A DNA stretch of 63,772 nt, filler included, from an uncultured Methanosarcinales archaeon (GCA_964593285.1; 4 parts of 4 records of this genome joined end to end with filler, not necessarily neighbours in it); one strand, 5' to 3'; positions 28,606 through 38,988 are shown, counted from the whole stretch's first letter. Numbers and translations are program-made. Notes: generated by a model not told the origin, from the sequence alone.

Positions 28606-29175
28606 TTAATAATCATGCCCAGGGCATAATATTTTATAATTTATTTTTTTTAAATTTTTTAATGTTTTTTCCATTTCCATATTACAAGAAGTTGGTAAGT
28701 CTGTTCTTCCAATATAACCATTATTAAATATTGTATCTCCTGAAAATAAAATTTTTTCTTCTTTTAAAAATAAACAAATACTACCTAATGTATGCCCGGG
28801 TGTATTTATAATTTTTAAATTTAAAATTTTATGATTTAATTTTTCTAAATTTATTTTTTTTAAATTGTTTGCAATTTCTTCATTTAAAACAGTTTTATTA
28901 GAATTTTTGTTAAATAATTCTATTTCTTTTTCTGATGCATAGAATTTAGCATTTTTAAATAAATCAAAATTACTACAATGATCATAATGTAAATGAGTAA
29001 ATATTACTTTTTTTACATCATCTAAATTAATTATTTTTTCTAATTCCTTTTTTAATAATTCTTTTTGTGAATTTATTCCAAGATCAATTAAAATAATTTC
29101 ATGATTCATTATTATATAAGTATTTGAAAATAAACTAATTTTGTAAATTTTGTCAGTTATTTTTTTTATTGCCAT
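28606..29175 (-). CDS. MBL-fold hydrolase (glyoxalase II-like)
   Basis: THLHYDH, TPGHT.G, FSGD, GRTD, PGH. Confidence 0.9.
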   Translation of the reverse strand: MAIKKITDKIYKISLFSNTYIIMNHEIILIDLGINSQKELLKKELEKIINLDDVKKVIFTHLHYDHCSNFDLFKNAKFYASEKEIELFNKNSNKTVLNEEIANNLKKINLEKLNHKILNLKIINTPGHTLGSICLFLKEEKILFSGDTIFNNGYIGRTDLPTSCNMEMEKTLKNLKKINYKILCPGHDY

Positions 29176-29183
29176 TTTTAAAA

Positions 29184-29594
29184 TTAAATATCTAATGAAA
29201 CTTTTGCATAAAAACCTTTATTTGTTTTTTTAAATTCAAAATCATAATATGTTACTGCTTTAACAACGGTTTTTCCAAGTTCTATTTTAAAATCATCACC
29301 ATAACAAATTGCTTTTAAATTATTTTCATTTATTGAAACAATTTTAAAATCAGAATAAAATTTTTCTTCAATATCAACTAATGCAATTAAATAATTAAGC
29401 CAATTTATGTATAATTCTTCTAAATTATCTGATTTTAATTCAACATTTGTTTTTTTTGTTTGTTTTATCATATCAATTTCACAAATAATTGAGAATAAAG
29501 CTTTTGCAGAATCAATAAATAATTCTTGAATTGTTTTTGAATTAACCTCAAATACAACATCTGATGTTAAACCTTTAATGATTTTATAACTCAT
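29184..29594 (-). CDS. Archease (RtcB cofactor)
   Basis: TSDV, ELF..SA.A, WL..LI, VKAVTY, C-terminal LDI. Confidence 0.85.
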   Translation of the reverse strand: MSYKIIKGLTSDVVFEVNSKTIQELFIDSAKALFSIICEIDMIKQTKKTNVELKSDNLEELYINWLNYLIALVDIEEKFYSDFKIVSINENNLKAICYGDDFKIELGKTVVKAVTYYDFEFKKTNKGFYAKVSLDI

Positions 29595-29627
29595 TTAATA
29601 AAAGCAATTTAAAAATATATAAAAATG

Positions 29628-30155
29628 TTAGTATTTTTTTAATAATCCAGGAATTGCAGCTCCAATTGTACATGGAAATGAAACTAAAATTATTAAATTT
29701 CTAATAATTTCAAAATTATTTGCAATTAATGGATTATTATTAACATTTAATAAAAAAATTAAAATTAATGTTACAAATAATGATACAGAATATAAAACAA
29801 TAAGTCTTTTAATTACAAAACTAACTACTTTTCTTTCTTTTTTATTTGGAACTCGCAAATATGAAATAAATAAAATTTGAAAAACTAATATTAATAAAGT
29901 CACAAATACTATTAAGACTAAATGAGTATAAGTTAAATTTATTGCAAGCTCAATTAATCCTCCTTTAAATACAAATGTTAATCCAATTAATAATGAACCA
30001 AAAAAAGAATTAACTACATCTTTAATTGAAAATTTAGATGGTGTTTTAAAAACAAGTGTCTTTTTTAAATAATCAATATTTTTTTCCAAAACACATAATT
30101 CTTTTTTTTCTTCGTCTAATTCTCTTTCAATTTTGTAAATAATTTCTTCGTCCAC
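29628..30155 (-). CDS. Membrane protein (DUF2391-like)
   Basis: FS.KDV...FFGS, C-terminal GAA..LL; four TM segments. Confidence 0.6.
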   Translation of the reverse strand: MDEEIIYKIERELDEEKKELCVLEKNIDYLKKTLVFKTPSKFSIKDVVNSFFGSLLIGLTFVFKGGLIELAINLTYTHLVLIVFVTLLILVFQILFISYLRVPNKKERKVVSFVIKRLIVLYSVSLFVTLILIFLLNVNNNPLIANNFEIIRNLIILVSFPCTIGAAIPGLLKKY

Positions 30156-30287
30156 CTTTTAGTTTATAATAAACAACATTTTTAAAGTTTTTGAGTCCTT
30201 TTAAAGTTGTAACTTTAAAATTTAGTAATATAGATTAAATCTTTATGCAAATTTAACTTAACTTTAGAATGTAGATAAAATAAAAAA

Positions 30288-30857
30288 TTAATTCTTAAAT
30301 TTTAATAAAATTTTATTTGCTATTTTTTCAATATATTCTTTAGCCTCAATTGAACCTTTAGAAGTTATATGGATTAAAAATAAATCGTTAGTAAACCAAA
30401 GATGATAATAATGAACATTTTCCTCATTAAATTCTCCACCATAATCTTTTTCACTATTAACTCTAAATACACTTTGATCTCCATAATTATCTTTACTTAT
30501 TAAACCCTCACTACTAAATAAATGACTTGAAGAATATTGATATGTCCCATTTAAATCATGTAAATTAGTGTATTTTTTAAATTCAATAATAATTTTGGTA
30601 TTATTTAATTTTTCAATTGTATAATTACAAAAAGCATATTGTTTTAAAGGTGAAAATTCACTGGTATTATAATTTTCAATTTTACATTCAGAATTTTTTT
30701 TAAAACCTAATTTTAATAGATCATTTTCATTTAATACTAATTCATCAACATCTGATATATTAGTTGTTTTTTCAATTTCATCATATTTATCAATTGAACA
30801 TCCAATAAAAAATACTAAAATAATTACAAACATTATTGATTTTAAAAATTGTTTCAT
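30288..30857 (-). CDS. Putative lipoprotein
   Basis: Signal peptide with FIG-C. Confidence 0.75.
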   Translation of the reverse strand: MKQFLKSIMFVIILVFFIGCSIDKYDEIEKTTNISDVDELVLNENDLLKLGFKKNSECKIENYNTSEFSPLKQYAFCNYTIEKLNNTKIIIEFKKYTNLHDLNGTYQYSSSHLFSSEGLISKDNYGDQSVFRVNSEKDYGGEFNEENVHYYHLWFTNDLFLIHITSKGSIEAKEYIEKIANKILLKFKN

Positions 30858-30977
30858 AATAATTTAAAAAATATTATAATATTTAAAACTACTTAAAAAC
30901 AATAAAATAAAAAAAATTATTTTAATCACAAATAATTAAAAACCTTTTTATATAAAAATAAAAAATATATAATTAAT

Positions 30978-32246
30978 ATGGAAACAATTGCAGATTTACA
31001 TATACATGGAAAATATTCTAGAGGTTGCTCTAAACAATTAATTTTTGAAAATTTAGAAAAATATGCAAAAATTAAAGGAATCAATTTACTTGGAACAGGT
31101 GATTTTACACATCCAAAATGGTTTAATGAGATTAAGACAAAATTAAAAAATGATGGAGAAGGAATTTATAGAACAAAAACCAATTTTCCATTCATTCTTC
31201 AAACAGAATATTCTTTAGTTTATACGCAAAATAAGAAAGGTAGAAGGATTCATTTAGTTATTTTAGCTCCAAATTTAGAAATTGTAGAACAAATAAATGA
31301 AGAAATGAAAAAAATTGGACGTGTTGACTATGATGGAAGACCTATTTTTAATTTAAACTGTGTTGAATTCACAGAAAAAATGATGAATATTAGTAAAGAC
31401 ATTATAATAATTCCTGCACATATTTGGACACCTTGGTTTAGTTTATTTGGAAGTAAATCAGGATTTAATTCATTAAAAGAATGTTTTATGGAACAAACAA
31501 AAAATATTCATGCAATAGAAACAGGACTTTCAAGTGATCCACAAATGAACTGGAGAATTAAAGAATTAGATAAATATTCTATATTATCTTTTTCTGATAG
31601 CCATAGTTTTTGGCCATATAGAATTGGAAGAGAGGCTACAATTTTTAATATTAAATTAAGTTATAAAAATTTAGCTAATGCGATAAAAAAACAAAAAAAT
31701 ATAAAGGAAACTATTGAAGTTGATCCAAATTATGGAAAATATCATTTAGATGGACATAGAAAATGTAATATTAAGTTTTATCCAAACCAATCTAAAAATA
31801 ATAATAATATTTGTCCTGTGTGTAAAAAACCTTTAACTATAGGAGTATTGCAACGAATTGAAGAACTTGCAAACCGAGATGAAAAATATATTGATAAAAA
31901 TAGACCTAAATTCAAAACATTGATGCCACTGCAAGAAATTATTTCAAATATTAAAAATAAAGGAATTTTAACAAAAACTGTATGGCAAGAATATTATAAA
32001 ATTTTAAAAATTGGAAAAAATGAAAATGATGTTTTATTAAATGTTTCAAAAAAAGAATTATTAAAACAAACTGATGAAAAAATTGCTGATGCAATTATTT
32101 TAAATAGAGAACAAAAAATTATTGTAAGTTCTGGCTATGATGGAGTTTATGGAAAACCATTATTTACTAAAGAAGAAATCAAAAAAAATGAAGAACAAAA
32201 AATTCAATCAATTTTTTCAAAACAAAAAACAATTAATAATTTTTAA
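30978..32246 (+). CDS. endoQ: Endonuclease Q family (PHP domain + Zn finger)
   Basis: ADLHIH, GTGDFTHP, PAHIWTPW, ETGLSSD, SDSHS, GKYH..GHR.C, CPVC, GV..RI..LA, GYDG.YG. Confidence 0.9.
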   Translation: METIADLHIHGKYSRGCSKQLIFENLEKYAKIKGINLLGTGDFTHPKWFNEIKTKLKNDGEGIYRTKTNFPFILQTEYSLVYTQNKKGRRIHLVILAPNLEIVEQINEEMKKIGRVDYDGRPIFNLNCVEFTEKMMNISKDIIIIPAHIWTPWFSLFGSKSGFNSLKECFMEQTKNIHAIETGLSSDPQMNWRIKELDKYSILSFSDSHSFWPYRIGREATIFNIKLSYKNLANAIKKQKNIKETIEVDPNYGKYHLDGHRKCNIKFYPNQSKNNNNICPVCKKPLTIGVLQRIEELANRDEKYIDKNRPKFKTLMPLQEIISNIKNKGILTKTVWQEYYKILKIGKNENDVLLNVSKKELLKQTDEKIADAIILNREQKIIVSSGYDGVYGKPLFTKEEIKKNEEQKIQSIFSKQKTINNF

Positions 32247-32620
32247 TTGTTAATTTCGAGTAATTCTTTTACTTTTTCACCCAATTCAAAGCCATCAAAA
32301 GGTTTTGTAATATAAGCAACAGCTCCAACATCAATTCCTTCTAAAATATCATGGTCCTCTTTTTTAGCAGAAACCATAGCAATTACAATATTTTTTGTTT
32401 TTGGATTTGCTCTTAATTTTTGACAAACTTCATAACCATCCATACCAGGCATCATGATATCTAATAATATTAGATTTGGTAATTGTGTTTTTGCTTTTTC
32501 TAATGCATCAAAACCATCATATGCTTCAATAAAGTCATAACTTTCTTCTCCAAGCATTAATTTAACTAAATCAACAATTTGTGGTTCATCATCAACAATT
32601 AATATTTTTTTTTTATCCAT
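32243..32620 (-). CDS. Stand-alone response-regulator receiver domain
   Basis: ILIVDDE, LLDIMMPGMDG, VSA, YITKPF. Start placed at MDKKK. Confidence 0.92.
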   Translation of the reverse strand: MDKKKILIVDDEPQIVDLVKLMLGEESYDFIEAYDGFDALEKAKTQLPNLILLDIMMPGMDGYEVCQKLRANPKTKNIVIAMVSAKKEDHDILEGIDVGAVAYITKPFDGFELGEKVKELLEINN

Positions 32621-32733
32621 TAAATATTGTAATAATACTAAGTTTATATATTTTATTGAATTTTTTGTTTTTATTTCTATTTTAATAATTATTAACAATA
32701 TTTTTTTATATTAAGTTTATATTCTTTATTTTA

Positions 32734-34017
32734 ATGTATAATTTAAATGAAATTTTAAATTCAAAAGAGATAAATAAAGAAGATAATTATTTAAAATATA
32801 AAGATTTGATACGACCAAATTCTTTATTTGAACTTCAAGAAAAACTTTTTAGTAATAATTATAATTCTATAAAAAATAATCAAAAAAAATTTCTTTTTTC
32901 ACCAAAAGATTTAATGAATTACAAAAATTTAAATCAATATGAAGTATCTAATATTTTTCTTAAAAATAAACAAAGATACATTCAACTCTCAAATGATATA
33001 GACACTCATTTTTTTATTGATGAGGGTATTTTTAATAACAATTTATACAATAATATATCAGAAAATGAAGATTTAGAAATTAAATTATCTAAAGAAAAAA
33101 GCGATATTGATAATTTTCTTAAAATAAAAAATCAAAGAAATAAATGGCTTATTGAATATGGAATTTATAATGATAAAATATTTGAAACATTAATTAAATA
33201 TTTTAAATCAAATTTAAATACAAATTCTAATAATTATTCAAATATTATAACATCAAAAAAATTTTTTACAAAAGATGAATTTTTAAAATTAAATTTTAAA
33301 TATAATGAATATTCAAATAAAATTACAAAGTTTGCAGAAATAATTTTAAAAAATAATATGAATTTTATTAAATATTTTGCACATAAAGCAAGAAAAGAAA
33401 ATCCAAATAATGAACTTGATGATTTAATTCAAGAAGGTTCAATTGGTTTTTTAAAAAGTTTATATGAGTTTGATAAAAATGTTTCTTCACTTTCTACATA
33501 TGCATCATATCGCATTAAAGCCAACATTTATAGCTATTGTAAAAAAAATACTAAAATTAAATATCCTATAAGACATTTTTCAAATTTTTATAATGTTAAG
33601 TCTGCAATTAATGAATTGAATACAAATGAATCTTTAAAAATTTCTAATTATACTGGAATTTCATTAAAAAAAGTTAATGAACTAAAAAAAGAAGAATTTC
33701 ATTATATCTTTTCATTAGATGAACCAAATGAAACAAAAAATAATTATCATGAATTAATACCATCTAATTCTTTTTTAGACCCATTTATAGAAGAAAAAAA
33801 TAATTCAAATAAACGTTTGATTAAAAAAATAATAGAGCCCATTCCACAAAAGAATAAAAATATTTTTAAAAAACATTTTTATGAAAATAAAAGTTATAAT
33901 GAAATCGCAAGAGAATACAACATCACAAAACAACGAGTTGATCAAATTATTCAAAAAACATTACGAAAAATAAGAATTAAAATCAAATCTAATGGATTAA
34001 AAATAAGTGATTTTTAA
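32734..34017 (+). CDS. Sigma-70 family protein (regions 2, 3, 4) with divergent N-terminal half
   Basis: DDLIQEGSIGFLKSLYEFD, LSTYASYRIK, FSLDEP, SYNEIAREYNITKQRVDQIIQKTLRKIR. Confidence 0.85.
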   Translation: MYNLNEILNSKEINKEDNYLKYKDLIRPNSLFELQEKLFSNNYNSIKNNQKKFLFSPKDLMNYKNLNQYEVSNIFLKNKQRYIQLSNDIDTHFFIDEGIFNNNLYNNISENEDLEIKLSKEKSDIDNFLKIKNQRNKWLIEYGIYNDKIFETLIKYFKSNLNTNSNNYSNIITSKKFFTKDEFLKLNFKYNEYSNKITKFAEIILKNNMNFIKYFAHKARKENPNNELDDLIQEGSIGFLKSLYEFDKNVSSLSTYASYRIKANIYSYCKKNTKIKYPIRHFSNFYNVKSAINELNTNESLKISNYTGISLKKVNELKKEEFHYIFSLDEPNETKNNYHELIPSNSFLDPFIEEKNNSNKRLIKKIIEPIPQKNKNIFKKHFYENKSYNEIAREYNITKQRVDQIIQKTLRKIRIKIKSNGLKISDF

Positions 34018-34042
34018 AAAAAAAGAAAAAAAAAGAAATGAT

Positions 34043-34234
34043 TTATTCTTTAGAAACATTAACTGCTTTTGAACCTCTATCTCCTTGCTCAACATCAAAT
34101 TTAACTGAATCATTTTCATTAATTGCAACACCATCATTTAATCCTGTTTGATGCACAAAATATTCTTTTCCATCTTCACCAACAATAAAGCCAAATCCTT
34201 TCATGTTGTTAAAAAATTTTACTGTTCCTTCCAT
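34043..34234 (-). CDS. cspA: Cold-shock protein
   Basis: GTVKFFN..KGFGFI, FVH, G..A.NV. Strong SD GGAGGTGA. Confidence 0.95.
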   Translation of the reverse strand: MEGTVKFFNNMKGFGFIVGEDGKEYFVHQTGLNDGVAINENDSVKFDVEQGDRGSKAVNVSKE

Positions 34235-34409
34235 AGTTTTTCACCTCCGTTCATTATTTTTAAGTAGAATCATTTTTATTATATTAAAATTCATTTTTTT
34301 ATAAAATTTAATAAGAAATTCTTTTGTAATAATAAATAAACTTTCACTCATAATTTAATTGTACCTTTATTTTTTTATATTTGATTATTGAAAATTAAAA
34401 AAATTAAAA

Positions 34410-35081
34410 TTAATTTTTTTCTTCCGTTTTTTTATTTGTTTTTTCTTTTGTTTTTTCTTTTGTTTCTTTCTTTGCTGTTGTTTCTTTTTTTAAATCTTTG
34501 TCTTTTGCATCTAACTTTTCTTCTGTTTTATTTTTAGATGTTGTTTCCTTTTTTAAATTTTTCTCTTTTATATCTGCTATTTCTTCTTTTTCGTTCTTTA
34601 ATGTTTCTTTTTTTAATTCTTTTTCTTCTGTATCTACTTTTTCTTCTGCTTCTTTATTAGATGTTTCATCATCTTTTTTTTTACTATCTGTTACTGGTTT
34701 GTATGTTTGAGTTAAATCTTCTTTTTCTTTTTGTTTTAGGCCGATTCTTTCAGCTACTGATTCTTTTGTCTTTTCTTTCTTTTCTAATTCTATTTCTTTT
34801 CCAAATATTTCTGCTCTAACTAATCCTTTATCATCTTTAATTGCATTAATTTTAACATGATGTGGTGGATTTTGAATTCCATTTTCCCATATTTTTTGAT
34901 TTAAATGTTTTCCAATTTTTACATTTTCAGATTTCATATGTTTTATTAAAAAATGTTTTAATGCACTCAAAGCTCTATTTGAACGTTTGTATTTTGGTGC
35001 TTTTACAAAATCTCTTCTTAATGGAACATTATATGTTCTTTCAAGAATAACCTTTGATTTAGTTTCTTGTACTTTAGCCAT
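34410..35081 (-). CDS. rpl31e: Ribosomal protein L31e with ~120-aa Lys/Glu-rich C-terminal tail
   Basis: ERTYNVPLR, R..RA...LK.F..KHMK, LNQKIWENGIQNPP. Confidence 0.92.
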   Translation of the reverse strand: MAKVQETKSKVILERTYNVPLRRDFVKAPKYKRSNRALSALKHFLIKHMKSENVKIGKHLNQKIWENGIQNPPHHVKINAIKDDKGLVRAEIFGKEIELEKKEKTKESVAERIGLKQKEKEDLTQTYKPVTDSKKKDDETSNKEAEEKVDTEEKELKKETLKNEKEEIADIKEKNLKKETTSKNKTEEKLDAKDKDLKKETTAKKETKEKTKEKTNKKTEEKN

Positions 35082-35086
35082 GTTAA

Positions 35087-35260
35087 TCATCCTTTTATTT
35101 TTGTCCTTCTCCAGTTTCTTTTAACTGTTGTATGTCTTCCTGGATGAACTTTTCTTGTTTTACCGTATATTTTTGGTACTGTCCAAAATGGAGCCCATCT
35201 TGTTCTTCTACCAAATTTACCCAATCTTATTTTTCTACTTAAATGAATATATTTTGCCAT
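35087..35260 (-). CDS. rpl39e: Ribosomal protein L39e (absent from the ORF track)
   Basis: MAKYIHLSRKIRLGKFGRRTRWAPFWTVPK...KRNWRRTKIKG*, located between S19e and L31e. Confidence 0.9.
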   Translation of the reverse strand: MAKYIHLSRKIRLGKFGRRTRWAPFWTVPKIYGKTRKVHPGRHTTVKRNWRRTKIKG

Positions 35261-35286
35261 TTTTTTAAACCTTTTATAAAATAATT

Positions 35287-35748
35287 TTATTTTTCTTGAT
35301 TTTGTAAGTTTTTTGTCTCAATATTTTTTGCAACAGTATTTAATAAAGAAACCCCTTTACCTGTTATTACTTTCCCTTTATGTCCTGATTTTACATCTTT
35401 TTTTATTAATTCTGCTTTTTCTAATTGTTGCAAAATTTTTCTAATAATATTACCTGATGCTTTTCTAAATTCATTTGGTTTATAACCTCTTCGTTTTTTT
35501 CCACCATATTTAACTCTTAATTTAGATACACCAATTGGACCTAAATTTAAAACTTTTATTAAAATAGATGCACTTCTAATATACCACCAATCATTTTGTG
35601 TAGGTGGTCTTTCTTTATTAACACCAGTTTTAACATACTCTGCCCAACTTGTAGGTTTTATTTCATCAACTTTTTTTAATTCTTGTGAAGTAAGATTAAT
35701 TAACTCGTTTTTTTGTGAATTGAATATTTTATTCATTTTTTCCTCCAT
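35287..35748 (-). CDS. rps19e: Ribosomal protein S19e
   Basis: WAEYVKTG..KE.PP...WWY.R.AS, YGG..RRG, RKILQQLE.A. Confidence 0.95.
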   Translation of the reverse strand: MEEKMNKIFNSQKNELINLTSQELKKVDEIKPTSWAEYVKTGVNKERPPTQNDWWYIRSASILIKVLNLGPIGVSKLRVKYGGKKRRGYKPNEFRKASGNIIRKILQQLEKAELIKKDVKSGHKGKVITGKGVSLLNTVAKNIETKNLQNQEK

Positions 35749-36066
35749 TGAAAGGTATTTAATTGATTAAACACCTAAATAAGCATTATTAAACCCTAAA
35801 ATTATCTCTAAACCCTTAATTAATTTTATTATTATAAATAAAACTATTTATTGAGCAATAACAAACAATTTAAAAAGATTTTGGTTTTTCACTATAAAAT
35901 TAGATATATTTCCTAAATTTTTGTATAATAATTAATAAATATAACTTATATTTTTAACTTTTAATAATATATAAATTTAAATAACATATAAATTTTTAAA
36001 TAGATAAATAAATATTATATTATTTATATAAATATATTTTAATAAAATAAATAGTATTAAGTTAAA

Positions 36067-36858
36067 ATGCAAACAAAATTATTAGAAATAATCTTTAATA
36101 AAGATGAAATAACTTGGCAAGCCTTAATTTATAAATTTGTTAAAGAAGAAGGAATGAACCCATGGGATGTTAATATTAATTTATTATCTAAAAAATTTTT
36201 TGAAATGATTGAATCACTAAAAGAAATGGATTTTAGGATTTCTGGAAAAATAATTCTTGCTGCAGCAATATTGCTTAGAATTAAATCTAAAAGATTAGTT
36301 TTTCAAGATTTTGATAATTTAAATAAATTAATTGCTATGGGTGAAGAGGAAGAAGATGATTTATTTTTTGATGAATTAGATGAAAATTATGTTAATGATG
36401 CAGAAAATAATCAAATCAATAATAGTGATACATATTCTTTGATTCCAAAAACTCCTCTTCCACGAAAAAGAAAAGTTTCTGTGTATGAATTAGTTGATGC
36501 ATTACAAAAAGCACTTGAAGTTAAAAAAAGAAGAAAAAATAGAATTAATTTTGAAGAAGAACATAATGTGAAAATACCTACTAAAAAAAAAGATATGACA
36601 ATAATTATTCAAGAAATATATAATGAAATTAAAAAATATTATATTAATAATAAAAAAGATAAAATTTCTTTTTCAACTCTTCTTCCAGAAAATTCAACAG
36701 CAATTGAAAAAGTTTCAACATTTATTCCTTTGCTCTATTTAGATAATCTGCGAAGAATTAATTTATTTCAAGAACAACATTTATCAGAGATTGAAATACA
36801 TATTAATAAAGAAAATATAAACAAAGAATTTATTAAAAAAAATATTGAACAATTATAA
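36067..36858 (+). CDS. scpA: Segregation/condensation protein A (kleisin)
   Basis: MNPWDVNI..L, G..ILAAAILLRIKS..L, L..AL, V.TF.PLL.L. Confidence 0.88.
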   Translation: MQTKLLEIIFNKDEITWQALIYKFVKEEGMNPWDVNINLLSKKFFEMIESLKEMDFRISGKIILAAAILLRIKSKRLVFQDFDNLNKLIAMGEEEEDDLFFDELDENYVNDAENNQINNSDTYSLIPKTPLPRKRKVSVYELVDALQKALEVKKRRKNRINFEEEHNVKIPTKKKDMTIIIQEIYNEIKKYYINNKKDKISFSTLLPENSTAIEKVSTFIPLLYLDNLRRINLFQEQHLSEIEIHINKENINKEFIKKNIEQL

Positions 36859-36859
36859 G

Positions 36860-37573
36860 ATGCTACTAAACATACCAATTGAATTATTTTTAGGTATTAT
36901 AATTTCATTAATTGGCTTAATTAGTGGTTCAATAACTGATTTAAAAAAAAGAGAAGTACCTGACTGGATTAATTACTCCCTTGTTTTTTCTGGATTTTTT
37001 TTAGCATTAATTGTTTCAATAATAAAAAATGATTTTTTAATATTACTACATAGTTTATTTGGATTTTTGTTTTTTTTTATAATTGGTGTTTTAATGTTTT
37101 ATACAGGTCAATGGGGTGGTGGAGATAGTAAAATGTTAATGGGGCTTGGTGCATTAATTGGAATTAATATTATATTACCAATAAAAGATAATATAACTAA
37201 TTGGATAAATAATCCTCCACTTATACTTATCTTTTTAATCTTAACTTTATTGGTTGGAGCAATTTATGGAATTTTTTGGTGCATTGGGCTTGCAATTATT
37301 AATAGAAAACAATTCCTTATTGAAATTAAAAAAATTTTAATAAAACCAAAAATAAAAATTGTTAAAATTATATGTTTTATAATAATGGTTGTTTTATTTA
37401 CATTATCTTTTTTTATAAATGATAAATCAATTAGTTTAATTTTAATTATTTTTGCATTTTTGTGTGGATTTTTATTTTATATGTCTATATTTGTTAAAGC
37501 AATAGAAAAAACATCAATGATTAAAAAAATAAATCCAAAAAAATTAACTGAAGGAGACTGGATTGCAGAAGAC
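36860..37573 (+). CDS. A24 prepilin/prearchaellin peptidase, truncated at segment end
   Basis: S.TDLKKREVPD, WGGGDSK, C-terminal L.EGDW. Confidence 0.85.
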
Positions 37574-37673
37574 NNNNNNNNNNNNNNNNNNNNNNNNNNN
37601 NNNNNNNNNNNNNNNNNTTAATTAATTAANNNNNNNNNNNNNNNNNNNNNNNNNNNNNNNNNNNNNNNNNNNN
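37574..37673. other. Artificial joining spacer N44-TTAATTAATTAA-N44
   Basis: Same construct as 21773-21872. Confidence 0.95.
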
Positions 37674-37974
37674 TTAATTAATTCCAATTTCATTAAAAAT
37701 TACTTCTTAATATAATTAATTAACAAAATACAGAAAAATTTTCAATAAACAAAGAAAAATTTCGATAAAAAGTTAATATCTTTTTAAAATAAAAAAATTA
37801 TTTTATAACTTTTAGATAATAAAATAAATGTAATCTTATTTATTTTATATATAAAAAAAATTATGTTTTTTCACTAGACATTTGGCTTTGAGGTTTTTAT
37901 ATTAGTTAGTAATATTTATTAAAATGCTTATAAAAACAAAAACTTTAAATATATGTTGTCACTTATTAGTAAAT

Positions 37975-38042
37975 AATTACAATCAAAAAGGGCAGAATTA
38001 TACTACCTCACCCCTCTTTTTTAAAAATCTGCCCTTTTTTTT
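37975..38042 (+). ncRNA. Candidate hairpin sRNA with C-rich (anti-SD-like) loop
   Basis: 12-bp stem aaaaagggcaga/tctgcccttttt, loop containing CCTCACCCCTC, TATA-like CTTTAAATA at ~37943, and a T-run end. Confidence 0.45.
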
Positions 38043-38183
38043 ATATTTATAATGGTATACAAAAATGAAAATTTTAAAATTAATATGTGGGTTATTTAAA
38101 CCAAAAATTGTTTATTATTGGTATGGACGAACAAAGAATCCTTTAGAAAATTTTGGTGTTAAAAGTTTTAAAAATTCAAAAAA

Positions 38184-38903
38184 TTAAATTATTTTTTGAT
38201 TTTCATTTAATTTAATTAATTCTTGTCTAATTTTTTCTTTTAATTCACTATTTGCTTCAATTTTTATTAAATCATATGGTAATTTTAATACTCCTGGTCT
38301 ATGTAATAAATTTATTATCCAGTCAATTGTTTGCTCTTTTTTAAATTCAACGAATTTTTGAAATTTTTCTTGAGAAAATCCACCTGCATGAGTTCTTCGA
38401 ATTTCTCTTTCTTTATTTAGACAAATTCTTTTTTTAGAATTAACCCATTCAATTACATTAATTCTTTTTACATCTGTACTAATGTATAAAAGTTTATTGT
38501 TATTTTTTATTTCTTCTATTGTAAATGGTTGTTTTTTTGTTTTTATTTTTCTTGTAAATTGATTATCTTTTTTATCATTTTCTATTACTAAATTTTTATC
38601 TTCTTTATCATTATCATCACTATATTTTTTTAATAATGCTTTTTTTGTTTTTAATTTTTGTTTAATTTTTTGTTTTTCTATTTCTTGTTTTAATTTTTTA
38701 TTTGCTAAAATTTCATTTATTTTTTTCCTTTGTTTTTTTTCTTCTTGCCTTTTTTTTAAATATTCTTCTTTTTTTTTAATTATATTTTCATTTTCTTGTT
38801 TAGTTATATTATAGCAATTTTCACAATATAATTTATTTTTAATCTCTTTTTTTTTTGTAAATAATAAAAATTTATTACATCTAAAACATTTTTTAAAAAT
38901 CAT
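38184..38903 (-). CDS. Zn-ribbon + coiled-coil protein with Vms1/aeRF1-like GGFSQ loop
   Basis: CFRC...CENC, K/E-rich helix, RRTHAGGFSQEKFQKF. Confidence 0.6.
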   Translation of the reverse strand: MIFKKCFRCNKFLLFTKKKEIKNKLYCENCYNITKQENENIIKKKEEYLKKRQEEKKQRKKINEILANKKLKQEIEKQKIKQKLKTKKALLKKYSDDNDKEDKNLVIENDKKDNQFTRKIKTKKQPFTIEEIKNNNKLLYISTDVKRINVIEWVNSKKRICLNKEREIRRTHAGGFSQEKFQKFVEFKKEQTIDWIINLLHRPGVLKLPYDLIKIEANSELKEKIRQELIKLNENQKII

Positions 38904-38988
38904 AAAACTTGCCTTTAAATTTACTTTTAAGATTTATTTCGCATTTTTTTGAATATGGTAGCTTCATTTTTTGTAAATTTATTTTCAA

